A stretch of 64,000 nucleotides of DNA from an uncultured Verrucomicrobiae bacterium (GCA_963837955.1 CAWIPH010000002.1:3162623-3226622); one strand, 5' to 3'; shown: positions 54,584 to 64,000, numbered from the stretch's first letter. Translations and numbers: made by a program. Notes: generated from the sequence alone by a model not told the origin.

Positions 54584-54865
54584 AGAAGTGAGTCACCTGA
54601 TGTGACCGGAGCCTTAAGGGAAAATTCCGATCGTGACAAGTCAATGCTGTGCTGGGCTCTATAAAGAGGGTCAAACACCGGGCGGGCGAAGGGCGGCGGC
54701 ACTAAGCACGACGAGGGGCGTCCGAGTGAAATCGATGGCTATAAGCTTCATCCTTTTTCTTCTTTTCTTAGTCCCTTTTTCCCCAGTCCTTATTCGATTA
54801 AAGCGAAAGTGGTCGAAAAAACGGTTGTTTGGTGGGCATGCTCTGCACTAAGGCTGATAAATAAT

Positions 54866-56860
54866 ATGTGCGGCATCGCAGGTATCGTGGATCTGGCCGG
54901 ATACCGAACCGTAGCGGACGGCATTATCCAAAGGATGACGCAGGCGGTAGTTCACCGCGGCCCTGACGAGGAGGGTTACTTCCAGCGTCCTGGCTTGGTC
55001 CTGGGGTCGCGGCGGCTCAGTATTGTCGGCTTAGCGGACGGCCAGCAGCCGGTCACCAATGAAGACCGGAGTGTGTCTGTGGTGTTTAACGGTGAGTTCT
55101 TCGACTACCCTGAGAAACGCGCGGAGCTGGAAGCGCGCGGGCATCGCCTGGTCACACATTGCGACACCGAAATCATCCCACACCTTTGGGAGGAGAGTCA
55201 GGAAGGAGTGTTCGAACGCTTGCGTGGCCAGTTCGCCCTGGCATTGTGGGATGAGCGCCGGCGTCGTTTGGTACTTGGACGCGACCGTTTCGGCATCTGT
55301 CCGCTTTATTGGACGCGCCAGGGAGAGTGGCTCCTGTTCGCGTCAGAAATCAAGGCCCTGCTGGCTTCCGGTCTAGTGCCGGCGCGACCCGACCTTCGCG
55401 GTATTGACCACATTTTTACGTTCGCCGCCCTGCCTGGGCCGATAACCTGTTTCGAAGGCGTGCAGCTCCTGCCTCCTGGGCATTACCTGCGGATAGTCCC
55501 GGGTAACAATCGTGGCGCCGCACCCGCCATCAGCGAGCACGCCTATTGGGAGATGGATTTCCCGGACCGCGGCGACGAAGACCCAGGACGAGACCCGCGC
55601 GCTCTGGTGGATCGCTTCGAGCAGATAATGTTGCAGGCCGTGGAGGAGCGACTCCGGGCAGATGTGCCGGTGGGAGCCTATTTGTCGGGCGGAGTCGATT
55701 CAAGCATGATCACTGCCCTCGCCTGTCATCTCAAGGGTCCAGCGATTAACACCTACACGATCCGCGTTGACGCTCCTAAGCTTGACGAACTCAGTGCGGC
55801 CAACCTCGTGGCTCGGCATATCGGCACGAAGCAGCCGATCGTCCAGGAGTTTCGCGCTAGCGACACTCTCAACACGTATCCCCGGCTGATCCAAGCCGCA
55901 GAGGCACCGGTAGTCGATACCTCCTGTGCGGCTTTGCTGTTGTTAGCGCAACGTGTTCATACCTGTGGCCAGAAAGTGGTCCTCACGGGTGAAGGGGCTG
56001 ATGAGTGGCTAGCCGGTTATCCTTGGTACAAAGCGGCCAAAGCCATCGGTGTCCTGGACCTACTGCCCGGATTGCCGCTGAGCGACAGGGCGCGCCGCGC
56101 CTATCTTCGGCTGCACCACGTACCACAATATCCGGCGCAGTTTCGGCGTACCCTCGAGGAATCCGTCGGCGGTCCCAACGCCTGGATTGATACTTACGGG
56201 GTGCTCGGAATCTCCAAGCTTCGATTTTACGCTGCGCCAATGCGGGAAGTGCTAGAGAAAACCAATCCCTGGGCTGATCTTAGAATGCCGCTGGATCGTG
56301 CCAACCGCTGGCACCCGTTGAACCGAGGCATCTGGGTCGCAGCGCGCGTTACTCTGGCCGGACACTTGCTTCAGGCCAAAGGCGATCGAGTGGCGATGCA
56401 CTCCTCTGTGGAGGTGCGATATCCCTTCCTCGATGAAGATGTCTTCGATTTTTTGGCCGGGCTGCATCCACGTTGGAAACTCCGTGGGTTTCGGGACAAA
56501 CACCTGCTCCGCCTCCTAGCCGAACGCTGGGTGCCGCCGTCCGTATACCGGCGCCGCAAGGTTATCTTCCGCGCTCCCCTGGATAGTTTCCATATCGAAC
56601 CGGAGCCGGCGTTCGTGGCTCAGCTCTTAAGTGAAGAATCGCTGCAACGCACCGGATATTTTGACATTGCTGCGGTGCATCATTGGCGGCGGGCCTTCCG
56701 TCAGATGCCGATTGGTTCCCTGCCACGCCTCTCCGTGGAGTTGGGGTTGACGGCGGTGGTGGCGACTCAGCTTTGGCATCATCTGTTCATCGGGCCGGAA
56801 TTGGCAGAATTGCCAACCTGGACGGGCAACCGAACGGTGCTTGAGAATGTGTCATTCTAG
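54866..56860 (+). CDS. Asparagine synthetase B-like glutamine-dependent amidotransferase
   Basis: The start was moved to MCGIAGIV, where the class-II Ntn amidotransferase needs Cys2. The PP-loop YLSGGVDSSMI is in the synthetase domain. The protein is ~664 aa. It is divergent from the PKS gene. Confidence 0.9.
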   Translation: MCGIAGIVDLAGYRTVADGIIQRMTQAVVHRGPDEEGYFQRPGLVLGSRRLSIVGLADGQQPVTNEDRSVSVVFNGEFFDYPEKRAELEARGHRLVTHCDTEIIPHLWEESQEGVFERLRGQFALALWDERRRRLVLGRDRFGICPLYWTRQGEWLLFASEIKALLASGLVPARPDLRGIDHIFTFAALPGPITCFEGVQLLPPGHYLRIVPGNNRGAAPAISEHAYWEMDFPDRGDEDPGRDPRALVDRFEQIMLQAVEERLRADVPVGAYLSGGVDSSMITALACHLKGPAINTYTIRVDAPKLDELSAANLVARHIGTKQPIVQEFRASDTLNTYPRLIQAAEAPVVDTSCAALLLLAQRVHTCGQKVVLTGEGADEWLAGYPWYKAAKAIGVLDLLPGLPLSDRARRAYLRLHHVPQYPAQFRRTLEESVGGPNAWIDTYGVLGISKLRFYAAPMREVLEKTNPWADLRMPLDRANRWHPLNRGIWVAARVTLAGHLLQAKGDRVAMHSSVEVRYPFLDEDVFDFLAGLHPRWKLRGFRDKHLLRLLAERWVPPSVYRRRKVIFRAPLDSFHIEPEPAFVAQLLSEESLQRTGYFDIAAVHHWRRAFRQMPIGSLPRLSVELGLTAVVATQLWHHLFIGPELAELPTWTGNRTVLENVSF

Positions 56861-56995
56861 TGCGCCGATCGTGTGCGACGACAATCGGCGAGACCAAAGG
56901 AAGCATTTGCGGGCTTGCACCCGCTCTCTGACGAACGCTACAACGTGTCCCATCATGTGGGATGCGTAGAGCTTTCTTATGACCAATACAATCAA

Positions 56996-58357
56996 ATGAA
57001 AAAAAGTCGCGGTGTCACCGCTCGATCGATTCTCGTTGGGCTTTCCTTGATTACATGTTTCAGCGACTGCGCGATCCTACAGAGCCGATCGGCGAGGGAG
57101 ACTCGCGATCGCGCGTTCATTGTTTATTGGCCTCCTCCGAAGGAAAGCAAAGGGTTGCGCCTGGCAGTCAAAGATCTCATCGACATGAAGGGCGTGGTGA
57201 CCACGGCCGGCTCCGAATATGTTGCTAAGACCAGTCTAGCCGCTTCACGTGATGCGCAGTGCCTGGCGATAGCACGGCGGCGAAACGTGCAGATCGTAGG
57301 AAAAACGAATCTCAGTGAATTTGCAGTGGCCCCTTCCGGGATCAACGATTTCTTCGGAACTCCCAGGAGCCCCTTGAGCAAGAAGAGCAAGATTATCCCG
57401 GGAGGTTCATCCAGCGGTTCAGCGGTGGCGGTCGCAAGCGGACTGGCGGACGTTGCTTTTGGAACGGATACAGCCGGCTCCATCCGCGTACCCGCAGCTT
57501 GTTGCGGCATCGTCGGTCTGAAGACGACGTTTGGCCTTGTTTCTTTGCGGGGCGTGTTTCCAGTTGAGCCAAAGCATCTGGATACGGTCGGTCCGATGGC
57601 CAAAGACGTGGCTCATGTTGTCGAAGGGATGGACCTTTTGCAGGACGGGTTTGCGGCACGATACCGAGCAGCGGTGGCTGCTAAACCGTTGGCAAAAAAC
57701 ATCAGAATCGGGCGACTCTACCTGGGTGGCACCGACCCTAAGATCGACAAAGCGATTGATGACGCTCTAGCCCGGGCAGGCTTTCGAGTGGTCCCACTGG
57801 ACCAAGCCTTCAAGGCGAAGTGGGACCAGGCTAAGAGAGATGGGGACACGGTGGCGGCAGCCGGCGTTCGGATCAGCGATGGAAAATTCTTCGACAAATT
57901 AATAGGAGTAAGCGCCAGGACCAAGGCAATAATCGCCTTGGGTGAATTCGATTACAGGACGAGCTACCAGAAAGCTCTACGGAGGCAAGCGGCGTGGCAG
58001 CAGGCCCTTCGTCAAGTCTTTAAGAAGGTTGATTTCATTGCTCTACCGACTCTTCAGAAGCTGCCGCCAAGGATTCCGCCCATCGCCAAAACCGTCCTTT
58101 TGGAAGCGCAAATAGCCCTTTTTGAAGCAGAAATGTTGGGCGCGCAAAACACCGTTGCTGTGAATTTTGCTGGAAATCCTGCGCTGGCGATACCGATTCC
58201 GTTGGATGATAAGACTATTCCCTCAACTAGCGTGCAGCTGGTCGGGCCGCGTCTGAGCGAAGCCGAACTTCTCAATGCGGGCCGCCTGATCGAGGCCGAG
58301 CCGCAACCTGGTCGACACGTCATGACAACGAAATATGCGACATCCGTTTCTCGCTGA
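56996..58357 (+). CDS. Amidase-signature (AS) family amidase, lipoprotein, paralog 1
   Basis: The start was moved to MKKSRGVTARSILVGLSLITC, a lipobox-like sequence. Features are the catalytic Lys in LAVKDLIDMKG, the AS motif IPGGSSSGSAVAV, and the nucleophile region GTDTAGSIRVPAACCG. Confidence 0.85.
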   Translation: MKKSRGVTARSILVGLSLITCFSDCAILQSRSARETRDRAFIVYWPPPKESKGLRLAVKDLIDMKGVVTTAGSEYVAKTSLAASRDAQCLAIARRRNVQIVGKTNLSEFAVAPSGINDFFGTPRSPLSKKSKIIPGGSSSGSAVAVASGLADVAFGTDTAGSIRVPAACCGIVGLKTTFGLVSLRGVFPVEPKHLDTVGPMAKDVAHVVEGMDLLQDGFAARYRAAVAAKPLAKNIRIGRLYLGGTDPKIDKAIDDALARAGFRVVPLDQAFKAKWDQAKRDGDTVAAAGVRISDGKFFDKLIGVSARTKAIIALGEFDYRTSYQKALRRQAAWQQALRQVFKKVDFIALPTLQKLPPRIPPIAKTVLLEAQIALFEAEMLGAQNTVAVNFAGNPALAIPIPLDDKTIPSTSVQLVGPRLSEAELLNAGRLIEAEPQPGRHVMTTKYATSVSR

Positions 58358-58462
58358 GGATGTCTCTGTCGCACCACGCGCGGCACCGACCATGAGGAGC
58401 GTTACCACGTGTCCCTTTTCCGCCAGGAGCGAGGAGCCCTTCGTGATAATCATAAAAGTAAA

Positions 58463-59794
58463 ATGAAAAAAAATCGCTTTGTCGCCGCTCCATTGATTTC
58501 GGTGGGGTTCTTGTCGATCATCTTTTTGAGCGGCTGCGTGTCTCTGTTTACACGTCCAGCAAGTCAGACTGGCAATCACGCGTTCATCGTTTACTGGCCA
58601 CCTCCGAATGACAGTAAGGAATTGCGCCTCGCGGTGAAAGATGTCATTGACGTCAAAGGCGTTGTGACCACAGCCGGCTCGGAATATTTCGCCAAGACCC
58701 GCTCGCCGGCTACCGTTGATGCCAAGTGCGTAGCGACAGCGCGAGAGCGAGGCGTGCGGATTGTCGGGAAAACCAATCTCAGCGAGTTTGCGGTTGCTCC
58801 CTCCGGCTTCAACGAATATTTCGGAATTCCTCAGAATCGCTTGAGCAAGAGGCTCAAGCTTATCCCGGGAGGTTCGTCCAGCGGTTCCGCAGTAGCGGTC
58901 CAAAGTGGCATGGCAGACGTCGCCTATGGAACCGATACAGCAGGCTCCGTCCGGGTTCCGGCAGCTTGTTGCGGCATCGTTGGCTTGAAGACGACCTTCG
59001 GCCTTGTTTCCTTGAATGGCGTCCTCCCGGTTGAACCGACGCACCTCGACACCGTCGGCCCGATGGCCAAAGATGTGGACCACGTGGTACAAGGAATGGA
59101 CCTGTTACAGAATGGGTTTGCCGAACGATACAGAAAAGTTGTTGCATCCAGACCTTCGGCCAAACAAATCAGAATAGGGCGGCTCTACTTGAGCGGCACT
59201 GACGCTAAAGTCGACAAAGCGGTTGATTACGCTCTGGCCCAAGCAGAATTTCAAGTCATCTCGCTTGACCAAGCATTTAAGGCGAAGTGGGAACAGGCCA
59301 AGAAGGACGGAGATACTTTGGCAGCGGCTGGCGCCTGGCTTAGCTATCGAAAATACTTTGGCAAACTAGGAGTAAGCGCCAAGACCGAGGCGATAATTGC
59401 TCTAGGTGAATACGAGCACACGACGAACTACCAGAACGCCCTGAAGAGGCAAGCGGAGTGGCAATCTGCCCTCCGTCAAGTCTTCCAAAAGGTGGATTTC
59501 ATCGCTCTGCCCACCCTGCAGTCCCTGCCTCCAGCGAGTCCTCCCCTTGGGAGTACTGCTCTTTTTGAAGCAAGAATGTTGGTTCTACAAAATACTGTTC
59601 CCGTGAATCTTGCCGGAAATCCTGCTCTTGCCGTACCGATTCCAGAGGATGACAGGGTAATTCCCCTCACCAGCCTGCAGCTGGTTGGACCCCGATTGAG
59701 CGAAGCGGAACTTCTCAATGCGGGCCACTTGGTTGAGACTGCCGTGAACGCACCGACCGCCGAACGTCGAGTCGCGATACCACGCAAGCCATAG
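58463..59794 (+). CDS. Amidase-signature (AS) family amidase, lipoprotein, paralog 2
   Basis: The start was moved to MKKNRFVAAPLISVGFLSIIFLSGC, which has a lipobox. It is collinear with paralog 1, with long identical runs (GKTNLSEFAVAPSG, IPGGSSSGSAVAV, RVPAACCGIVGLKTTFGLVSL, LDTVGPMAKDV). Confidence 0.85.
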   Translation: MKKNRFVAAPLISVGFLSIIFLSGCVSLFTRPASQTGNHAFIVYWPPPNDSKELRLAVKDVIDVKGVVTTAGSEYFAKTRSPATVDAKCVATARERGVRIVGKTNLSEFAVAPSGFNEYFGIPQNRLSKRLKLIPGGSSSGSAVAVQSGMADVAYGTDTAGSVRVPAACCGIVGLKTTFGLVSLNGVLPVEPTHLDTVGPMAKDVDHVVQGMDLLQNGFAERYRKVVASRPSAKQIRIGRLYLSGTDAKVDKAVDYALAQAEFQVISLDQAFKAKWEQAKKDGDTLAAAGAWLSYRKYFGKLGVSAKTEAIIALGEYEHTTNYQNALKRQAEWQSALRQVFQKVDFIALPTLQSLPPASPPLGSTALFEARMLVLQNTVPVNLAGNPALAVPIPEDDRVIPLTSLQLVGPRLSEAELLNAGHLVETAVNAPTAERRVAIPRKP

Positions 59795-59820
59795 GATGTC
59801 CTTCTCGGCAAACGCCGGTC

Positions 59821-59874
59821 GGTCCCCCGTTGAGCGAAGCGGAACTCCTCAATGCGGGCCGCCTGGTTGAGGCA
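59821..59874 (+). pseudogene. Remnant 3' fragment of a third amidase copy
   Basis: GGTCCCCCGTTGAGCGAAGCGGAACTCCTCAATGCGGGCCGCCTGGTTGAGGCA encodes GPPLSEAELLNAGRLVEA. This matches the C-terminal VGPRLSEAELLNAG(R/H)L(I/V)E of both intact amidases (nt ~58243-58296 and ~59692-59745). No upstream ORF is attached to it. Confidence 0.6.
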
Positions 59875-60030
59875 AAGCGCTCACAGCTTGATCGACGCGT
59901 TAGAGCCCCCGAAATCCGCGCTAACTAAAAACTCCGCATGCGGGCGCGGTTTCGAGTTGCCGATGCGAACTTCGCGGCTAGAATGACACTCACCAGCGGT
60001 ACATTTTGCACCATCGAGTTGCAAAAAGCG

Positions 60031-60810
60031 ATGAATCCTGCTCTTTCCAACGTGTTTCCCGCGTTTTCTGCGGTCGTGTCGCTCCTATTCACGGGGGCGG
60101 CGCTCCGGGCGCAGTCCGCGGATGAGCTCATCAAAAATGGCGATGTTTATTATGCAAAATTGCAGGCTGCCGACGCGCTCAGGTTTTATCTGCCCGCCGA
60201 AAAACTTGAGCCGAGCAACGAGCGCCTTCTGGTGCGGATCTCGCGTGAATACCGCCATCTGGCGAGCGACGCCACCAAGCCAGAGGAGAAGCGCAGACTC
60301 GGCGGCATTGCGGTGGCCTACGCGAAGCGCGCTGTAACTCTCGGGCCGAATGACCCGGACGCCCAGCTAGCAGTGGCGATCAGTTATGGAAGACTGCAAC
60401 CCCTTGAGGGCAACTGGGACAAGATCGAGTCCTCGCGTATCATCAAGGAGGCCGCCGACAAGGCGGTCAGACTTGATCCGCGCAACGATTTGGGCTGGCA
60501 CGTGCTAGGCCGCTGGCACACGGGGGTGGCCGATGTTAGCGCGCTCAAGCGGACGCTAGCGCAACTTATTTACGGCGAGGTGCTGCCGGAATCTACGTAC
60601 CAAGAGGCAGCTAGGTGCTTCGAGAAAGCGATCGAAATCAATCCCAACCGCCCGATGCACTACATCGAGCTAGGATGCGTGTACGCGCAAATGGGCCGAA
60701 ACGACGACGCGCGACGTTGCATTACCAAGGGGTTGGCGATGCAGAATACGGAAAAGGACGATCCCGAGACCAAGCAGCAAGGGCGAGAGGTGCTGACGAA
60801 ACTTCGCTAG
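60031..60810 (+). CDS. Secreted TPR-like helical-repeat protein
   Basis: The start was moved to MNPALSNVFPAFSAVVSLLFTGAALRAQS, a signal peptide. Repeated helical A/L/Y-rich pairs follow (YYAKLQAADALRFY, AVAYAKRAVTLGPNDPDAQ, YQEAARCFEKAIEINPNRP, MGRNDDARRCITKGLAM). Confidence 0.6.
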   Translation: MNPALSNVFPAFSAVVSLLFTGAALRAQSADELIKNGDVYYAKLQAADALRFYLPAEKLEPSNERLLVRISREYRHLASDATKPEEKRRLGGIAVAYAKRAVTLGPNDPDAQLAVAISYGRLQPLEGNWDKIESSRIIKEAADKAVRLDPRNDLGWHVLGRWHTGVADVSALKRTLAQLIYGEVLPESTYQEAARCFEKAIEINPNRPMHYIELGCVYAQMGRNDDARRCITKGLAMQNTEKDDPETKQQGREVLTKLR

Positions 60811-60963
60811 ATCGACCAGGAGGAGACTCGCGACCGCGTTTTTCCGTCATCTTGGGTGTTCTGACTTTCCGGGCTGGTGAGCTTTCTTAAGGTTTCATTG
60901 ACTTGATCTTCCAGCCGAGGATACCGATCCGGTTCCAATCCAAATTTCACACTCGGTACCTCT

Positions 60964-61581
60964 ATGCTTTTGATTTTCATCGGAATGACGTTGCTGGCAG
61001 CCTTAACTCCAGGGTTGGCGGTTCTTTTGGTTACATCCAATGTGCTCAAGAAGGGGTTTGACGCGGCTTGGCGGGCGATTGTTGGAATTGAAATCGGTAA
61101 CGCCATTTACGTCCTCGCTTCCGCCACGGGTCTGACTGCGCTGCTTGTGGCATGCGCGCCTCTGTTCACTGCGGTGCGCTGGGCCGGAGCAATCTACCTC
61201 ATCTATCTGGGGCTCCGGCTGATTGTTGCCTCCGTGCGTCCAACAACAAATGCTGAATCCGCCGTCAGCGTTCGCGCCTTAAATCCAATGCTGCAAGGAA
61301 TATCAACCCAACTAGGCAATCCGAAGGCTTTGCTCTACTGGACCGCTCTTTTCCCGCAGTTTCTCGATCGAACTCACGATTTGTTGCCTCAGTTCTTTCT
61401 TCTGGGTCTCAGTGCGATAGGAGTAGAGACAGTAGTTCTCGCGGGATATGCATTAGCAACGAATTCCGCTCGGACGGCGATCGCGCGACCTCCAGGTATG
61501 CGGAGAGTCATTGACTGTATTACCGGAGGTTTCTTCGTGGCGGTCGGCCTATTGCTGGGAACAAAAAGCGCAGAGACATAG
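60964..61581 (+). CDS. LysE/RhtB family amino-acid exporter
   Basis: 205-aa six-helix ORF with TPGLAVLLVTSNVLKKG and NPKALLYWTALFPQF, typical LysE-family blocks. Confidence 0.85.
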   Translation: MLLIFIGMTLLAALTPGLAVLLVTSNVLKKGFDAAWRAIVGIEIGNAIYVLASATGLTALLVACAPLFTAVRWAGAIYLIYLGLRLIVASVRPTTNAESAVSVRALNPMLQGISTQLGNPKALLYWTALFPQFLDRTHDLLPQFFLLGLSAIGVETVVLAGYALATNSARTAIARPPGMRRVIDCITGGFFVAVGLLLGTKSAET

Positions 61582-61595
61582 AGGGCGCCATTGTC

Positions 61596-62144
61596 GTGGT
61601 GTTGACCACTGCACGTCTCAGACTACGGCTCTGGCGGGACAAAGATTTGCCGGGCTTCGCAGCGCTAAACGCGGACCCTCGCGTTATGCAATATATGCCG
61701 AAACTTCTCGACCGCACGGAAAGCGACGCGGTCGCTGGACGTATTAGGGAACACTTCACTCAACACGGCTTTGGTCTATGGGCTGTCGAGGTGATTGGTG
61801 TCGCTGATTTTATAGGATTTACCGGTCTTGGCGTGCCGCGGTTCCAGGCCCACTTCACTCCATGTGTGGAGATCGGTTGGAGACTGGCTCACGACTATTG
61901 GGGTTTCGGTTACGCGACTGAGGCCGCCTGCGCTGCGCGTGACTATGGATTCACGCATCTCGGGCTCAACCAGATAGTCTCCTTTACTGTTCCAGCCAAC
62001 CAACGCTCCCGAAATGTAATGGAACGTATCGGCATGACGCGTTCTCCTGTGGACGACTTTGAACATCCGCTCGTCCCTCTTGGTCACCCGCTCCGCCAGC
62101 ACGTCCTTTACCGGCTCGTTGCACCCGCACAGTTTCACGCCTAA
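61596..62144 (+). CDS. GNAT family N-acetyltransferase (RimJ/RimL-like)
   Basis: 182-aa ORF with LTTARLRLRLWRDKDLPGFAALNADPRVMQY and GWRLAHDYWGFGYATEAA...NQRSRNVMERIGM, the Acetyltransf_3-type pattern. Confidence 0.85.
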   Translation: MVLTTARLRLRLWRDKDLPGFAALNADPRVMQYMPKLLDRTESDAVAGRIREHFTQHGFGLWAVEVIGVADFIGFTGLGVPRFQAHFTPCVEIGWRLAHDYWGFGYATEAACAARDYGFTHLGLNQIVSFTVPANQRSRNVMERIGMTRSPVDDFEHPLVPLGHPLRQHVLYRLVAPAQFHA

Positions 62145-62238
62145 AGAGGACCGCGTTGTCAGCTACGGGAACAGAATAGACAGCCGTCGTACCCGTCACG
62201 ATTCCGCTCCAATCTTTTGACCCGCGCGTGATGCTCTC

Positions 62239-62787
62239 TCATGACGCCTGTTGGGGCACGCTCGATTGAGGGGCGTTCATTAAGGCAAAACTATCGACAC
62301 ACTGCTTCAATTTGGACGAGAGCTGATTCCATTGTTCCGGTGTCGCGGTTGCAGTGGTTAAGTAGACTTTGTCTCCGTTCTTAACCGCCCGAGCGTACCA
62401 GTGCAGCGATCTTCCACTCAAGATCCCTTCATATTCGACCATCCATTCATTCGGAGAGACTACGTTTTCGCTGAGTATTTTGATTCCGGCCGAATCGAAT
62501 TCCTTTTTTGTGAGGGTGACATAGTCATTTATCGAGCTAGGGAAATCTTGGATCAGTACGTTCACGTTCGGGGCGAACCCTCCGGTTGGCGTAAGAAATA
62601 ATACGACCGTCGGGCTCTGATCGGCTGCAGTACCAAAATCTGAACGCTTAACCCTGAATCCTTTGGCGTCGATGCTAAATCCCTGGGATTCAAATCGAAG
62701 TAAATCACTGTCGGACTGCGTGCTGCCGACGATCGGAAGCAAAGAAACCAGCAGAATGGTGCGCAACAATTTCATCGCAACAATCAC
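62239..62787 (-). CDS. Secreted hypothetical protein
   Basis: 182-aa ORF with a signal peptide (MKLLRTILLVSLLPIVGS). No diagnostic motif was recognised. Confidence 0.5.
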   Translation of the reverse strand: MIVAMKLLRTILLVSLLPIVGSTQSDSDLLRFESQGFSIDAKGFRVKRSDFGTAADQSPTVVLFLTPTGGFAPNVNVLIQDFPSSINDYVTLTKKEFDSAGIKILSENVVSPNEWMVEYEGILSGRSLHWYARAVKNGDKVYLTTATATPEQWNQLSSKLKQCVDSFALMNAPQSSVPQQAS

Positions 62788-62954
62788 TAGAGCAATGCGT
62801 CATTGCTCGTCGAGTGCGGAATGAGAGCCCGGCATTCTTCGGCCATCCAACTTGTTTCTGAATTGACGCGCCCAAGTCCGGCATCCTACAGAACATGCTT
62901 CCCACAATGACCGCCTGATCTGCCCAAATTGGTCCTACGCAGTTTTCCCTATGT

Positions 62955-64000
62955 ATGCGCCGAAGATTTTATGTTTTGCTCATCGCTTCGATATTGCTGC
63001 TCGCGCTGCTGGGTTGCGCAACACACCCGGTCACGCTTAATCCCCAGGCGCCGCTCGTCGCCCAAGCGCGTCAAGCTCTCCGCAACGGTCAATCGGAAAC
63101 AATCTCCGCTCAACAAGCCGCTGCCTGGGATCTGGTCGCTGCTGATCTCGCTTCCAGAGATCTGCACGATCAGGCTGTCGTAAATACCTATAACTCTGCC
63201 TGCGCAAATTTTTCTGAACAGGTTTACCGGACCGGAATTCTGAGCGCCCAAGAATTTCGGGCTGGCGGAAAATCATACTGGATCCGGCCCGCCGAAATCG
63301 GAGCCTGGACGCCAACCTATTTTCAAAAGGTCAAAGCGTCGAGCAGAGTCAAAGCTCATCTGGTTAAACCCTCTGTTCTGTTGCCTGGAGTCGGCGGAGC
63401 GTTATAGGCATACGTCGACAAGCCAATCCAAGAACTGGACCGGATCGTTTTGCGCCTCGCAGCGGGTATCACGTTCCGCTGACGGCAACGCTGGATTTCC
63501 AAGAGAATCGCGCCAGAAACTCGTGCGCGGTAACTTGGCAGTTGAACGACCCAACTGCTGCCGAATTTGTGTTCGTCCGCGGCCAGAAAAAGCGTCTGGC
63601 AGCGGATTTCACGGCGCCTCTCAATTACTTCCCGAAGATAAACCAATTCTGGCTCGGCTTCCTTGGCTTGCTGGACGCTGATCGGATTAGTGATCGCACT
63701 GGCTTATACGTTCTGGAACCGTATCGGGACGACCGGATCCCAGTGGTGCTCGTCCATGGCCTCCTGTCTGTGCCTGAGATGTGGGCGCCTACTATCAATA
63801 ACCTTTATGAGGATCCAGTAATCCGAAAGAACTACCAGTTCTGGGTCTTTTCTATCCGACCGGCCTTCCCGTACCTTTATCCAGCCTCTACTTGCGAAAC
63901 GATCTGGCTCAAGCGGAATGGCTCTATCGACCCAGAAACGGCATTGTGTTGGTTGGCCATAGATGGGTGGCATACTTAGCCGGGTTCAGCGATTGGCCGA
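62955..64000 (+). pseudogene. Lipoprotein alpha/beta-hydrolase gene disrupted by at least three frameshifts (runs off the window end)
   Basis: N-terminal lipobox MRRRFYVLLIASILLLALLGC. The frame stops at 63407, but the sequence continues sensibly in another frame from ~63401 (...IGIRRQANPRTGPDRF...LDFQ...LAADFTAPL...IPVVLVHGLLS...YQFWVFS). After ~63853, a +1 shift reads YPTGLPVPLSSLYLRNDL...NGIVLVGH. After ~63963, a further shift restores the nucleophile elbow GHSMGGILSRV. Confidence 0.6.

Noticed and set aside
47094-54605. Dozens of 60-175-aa ORFs on both strands inside the PKS gene (e.g. 47094..47567, 48678..49199, 53154..53672, 54040..54525)
   Set aside because: All are nested in or antisense to a 2567-aa ORF with an unbroken series of PKS domain motifs. 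Their Arg/Ser/Pro/Ala-rich composition is typical of off-frame GC-rich sequence.
54735-54851. 38-aa hydrophobic micro-ORF (MAISFILFLLFLVPFSPVLIRLKRKWSKKRLFGGHALH) in the PKS/asnB-like divergent intergenic region
   Set aside because: It lies in a pyrimidine-rich promoter-like tract. There is no clear ribosome-binding site or conservation evidence available to me. It cannot be supported from sequence alone, although a leader peptide or small membrane protein is not excluded.
54809-54865. Upstream extension of the AsnB-like ORF
   Set aside because: Class-II glutamine amidotransferases require Cys directly after the initiator Met. MCGIAG at 54866 is therefore the functional start.
58223-59092. 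289-aa minus-strand ORF
   Set aside because: It is antisense to the end of amidase 1 and the start of amidase 2, both of which carry complete amidase-signature motifs. It has no motifs of its own.

Overview
Gene-dense 64-kb chromosomal window, moderately GC-rich by eye. It comes from a diderm bacterium: lipobox lipoproteins, a LolA-like protein, PBP1C and an alpha-2-macroglobulin are present. I cannot place the organism from sequence alone. I support about 45 protein genes, one tRNA-Tyr, one IS1182/IS5-type insertion sequence, two pseudogenised genes and two families of short palindromic intergenic repeats. Housekeeping content includes a DPP-IV-like peptidase, malate synthase A, YgfZ, a cyclophilin, an SDR, LhgO, a NiCoT transporter and the alpha-2-macroglobulin/PbpC pair. 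Loci most worth a second look: (1) A bufferin-like MNIO RiPP system (34.5-38.7 kb). It has a Sec-signal 6-Cys precursor and a DoxX gene, separated from the DUF692/DUF2063 pair by a pentapeptide-repeat membrane protein and a palindromic repeat element. (2) A 12.8-kb minus-strand operon (41.8-54.6 kb). It encodes a single-module fully reducing type I PKS (KS-AT-DH-cMT-ER-KR-ACP, no TE), a free-standing condensation-domain protein, a membrane desaturase, a MacB/FtsX-type ABC exporter and a LolA-like protein. An AsnB-like amidotransferase and two tandem amidase lipoproteins lie divergently. This suggests a methyl-branched envelope lipid or lipo-conjugate pathway. (3) An 852-aa membrane-anchored protein combining a Cys-less caspase-like domain, a TIR domain, one TM helix, a Pro/Thr/Ser-rich tail and a His-rich C-terminus. 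All calls rest on motif recognition by eye. No database search was run. Start codons and domain borders are approximate.
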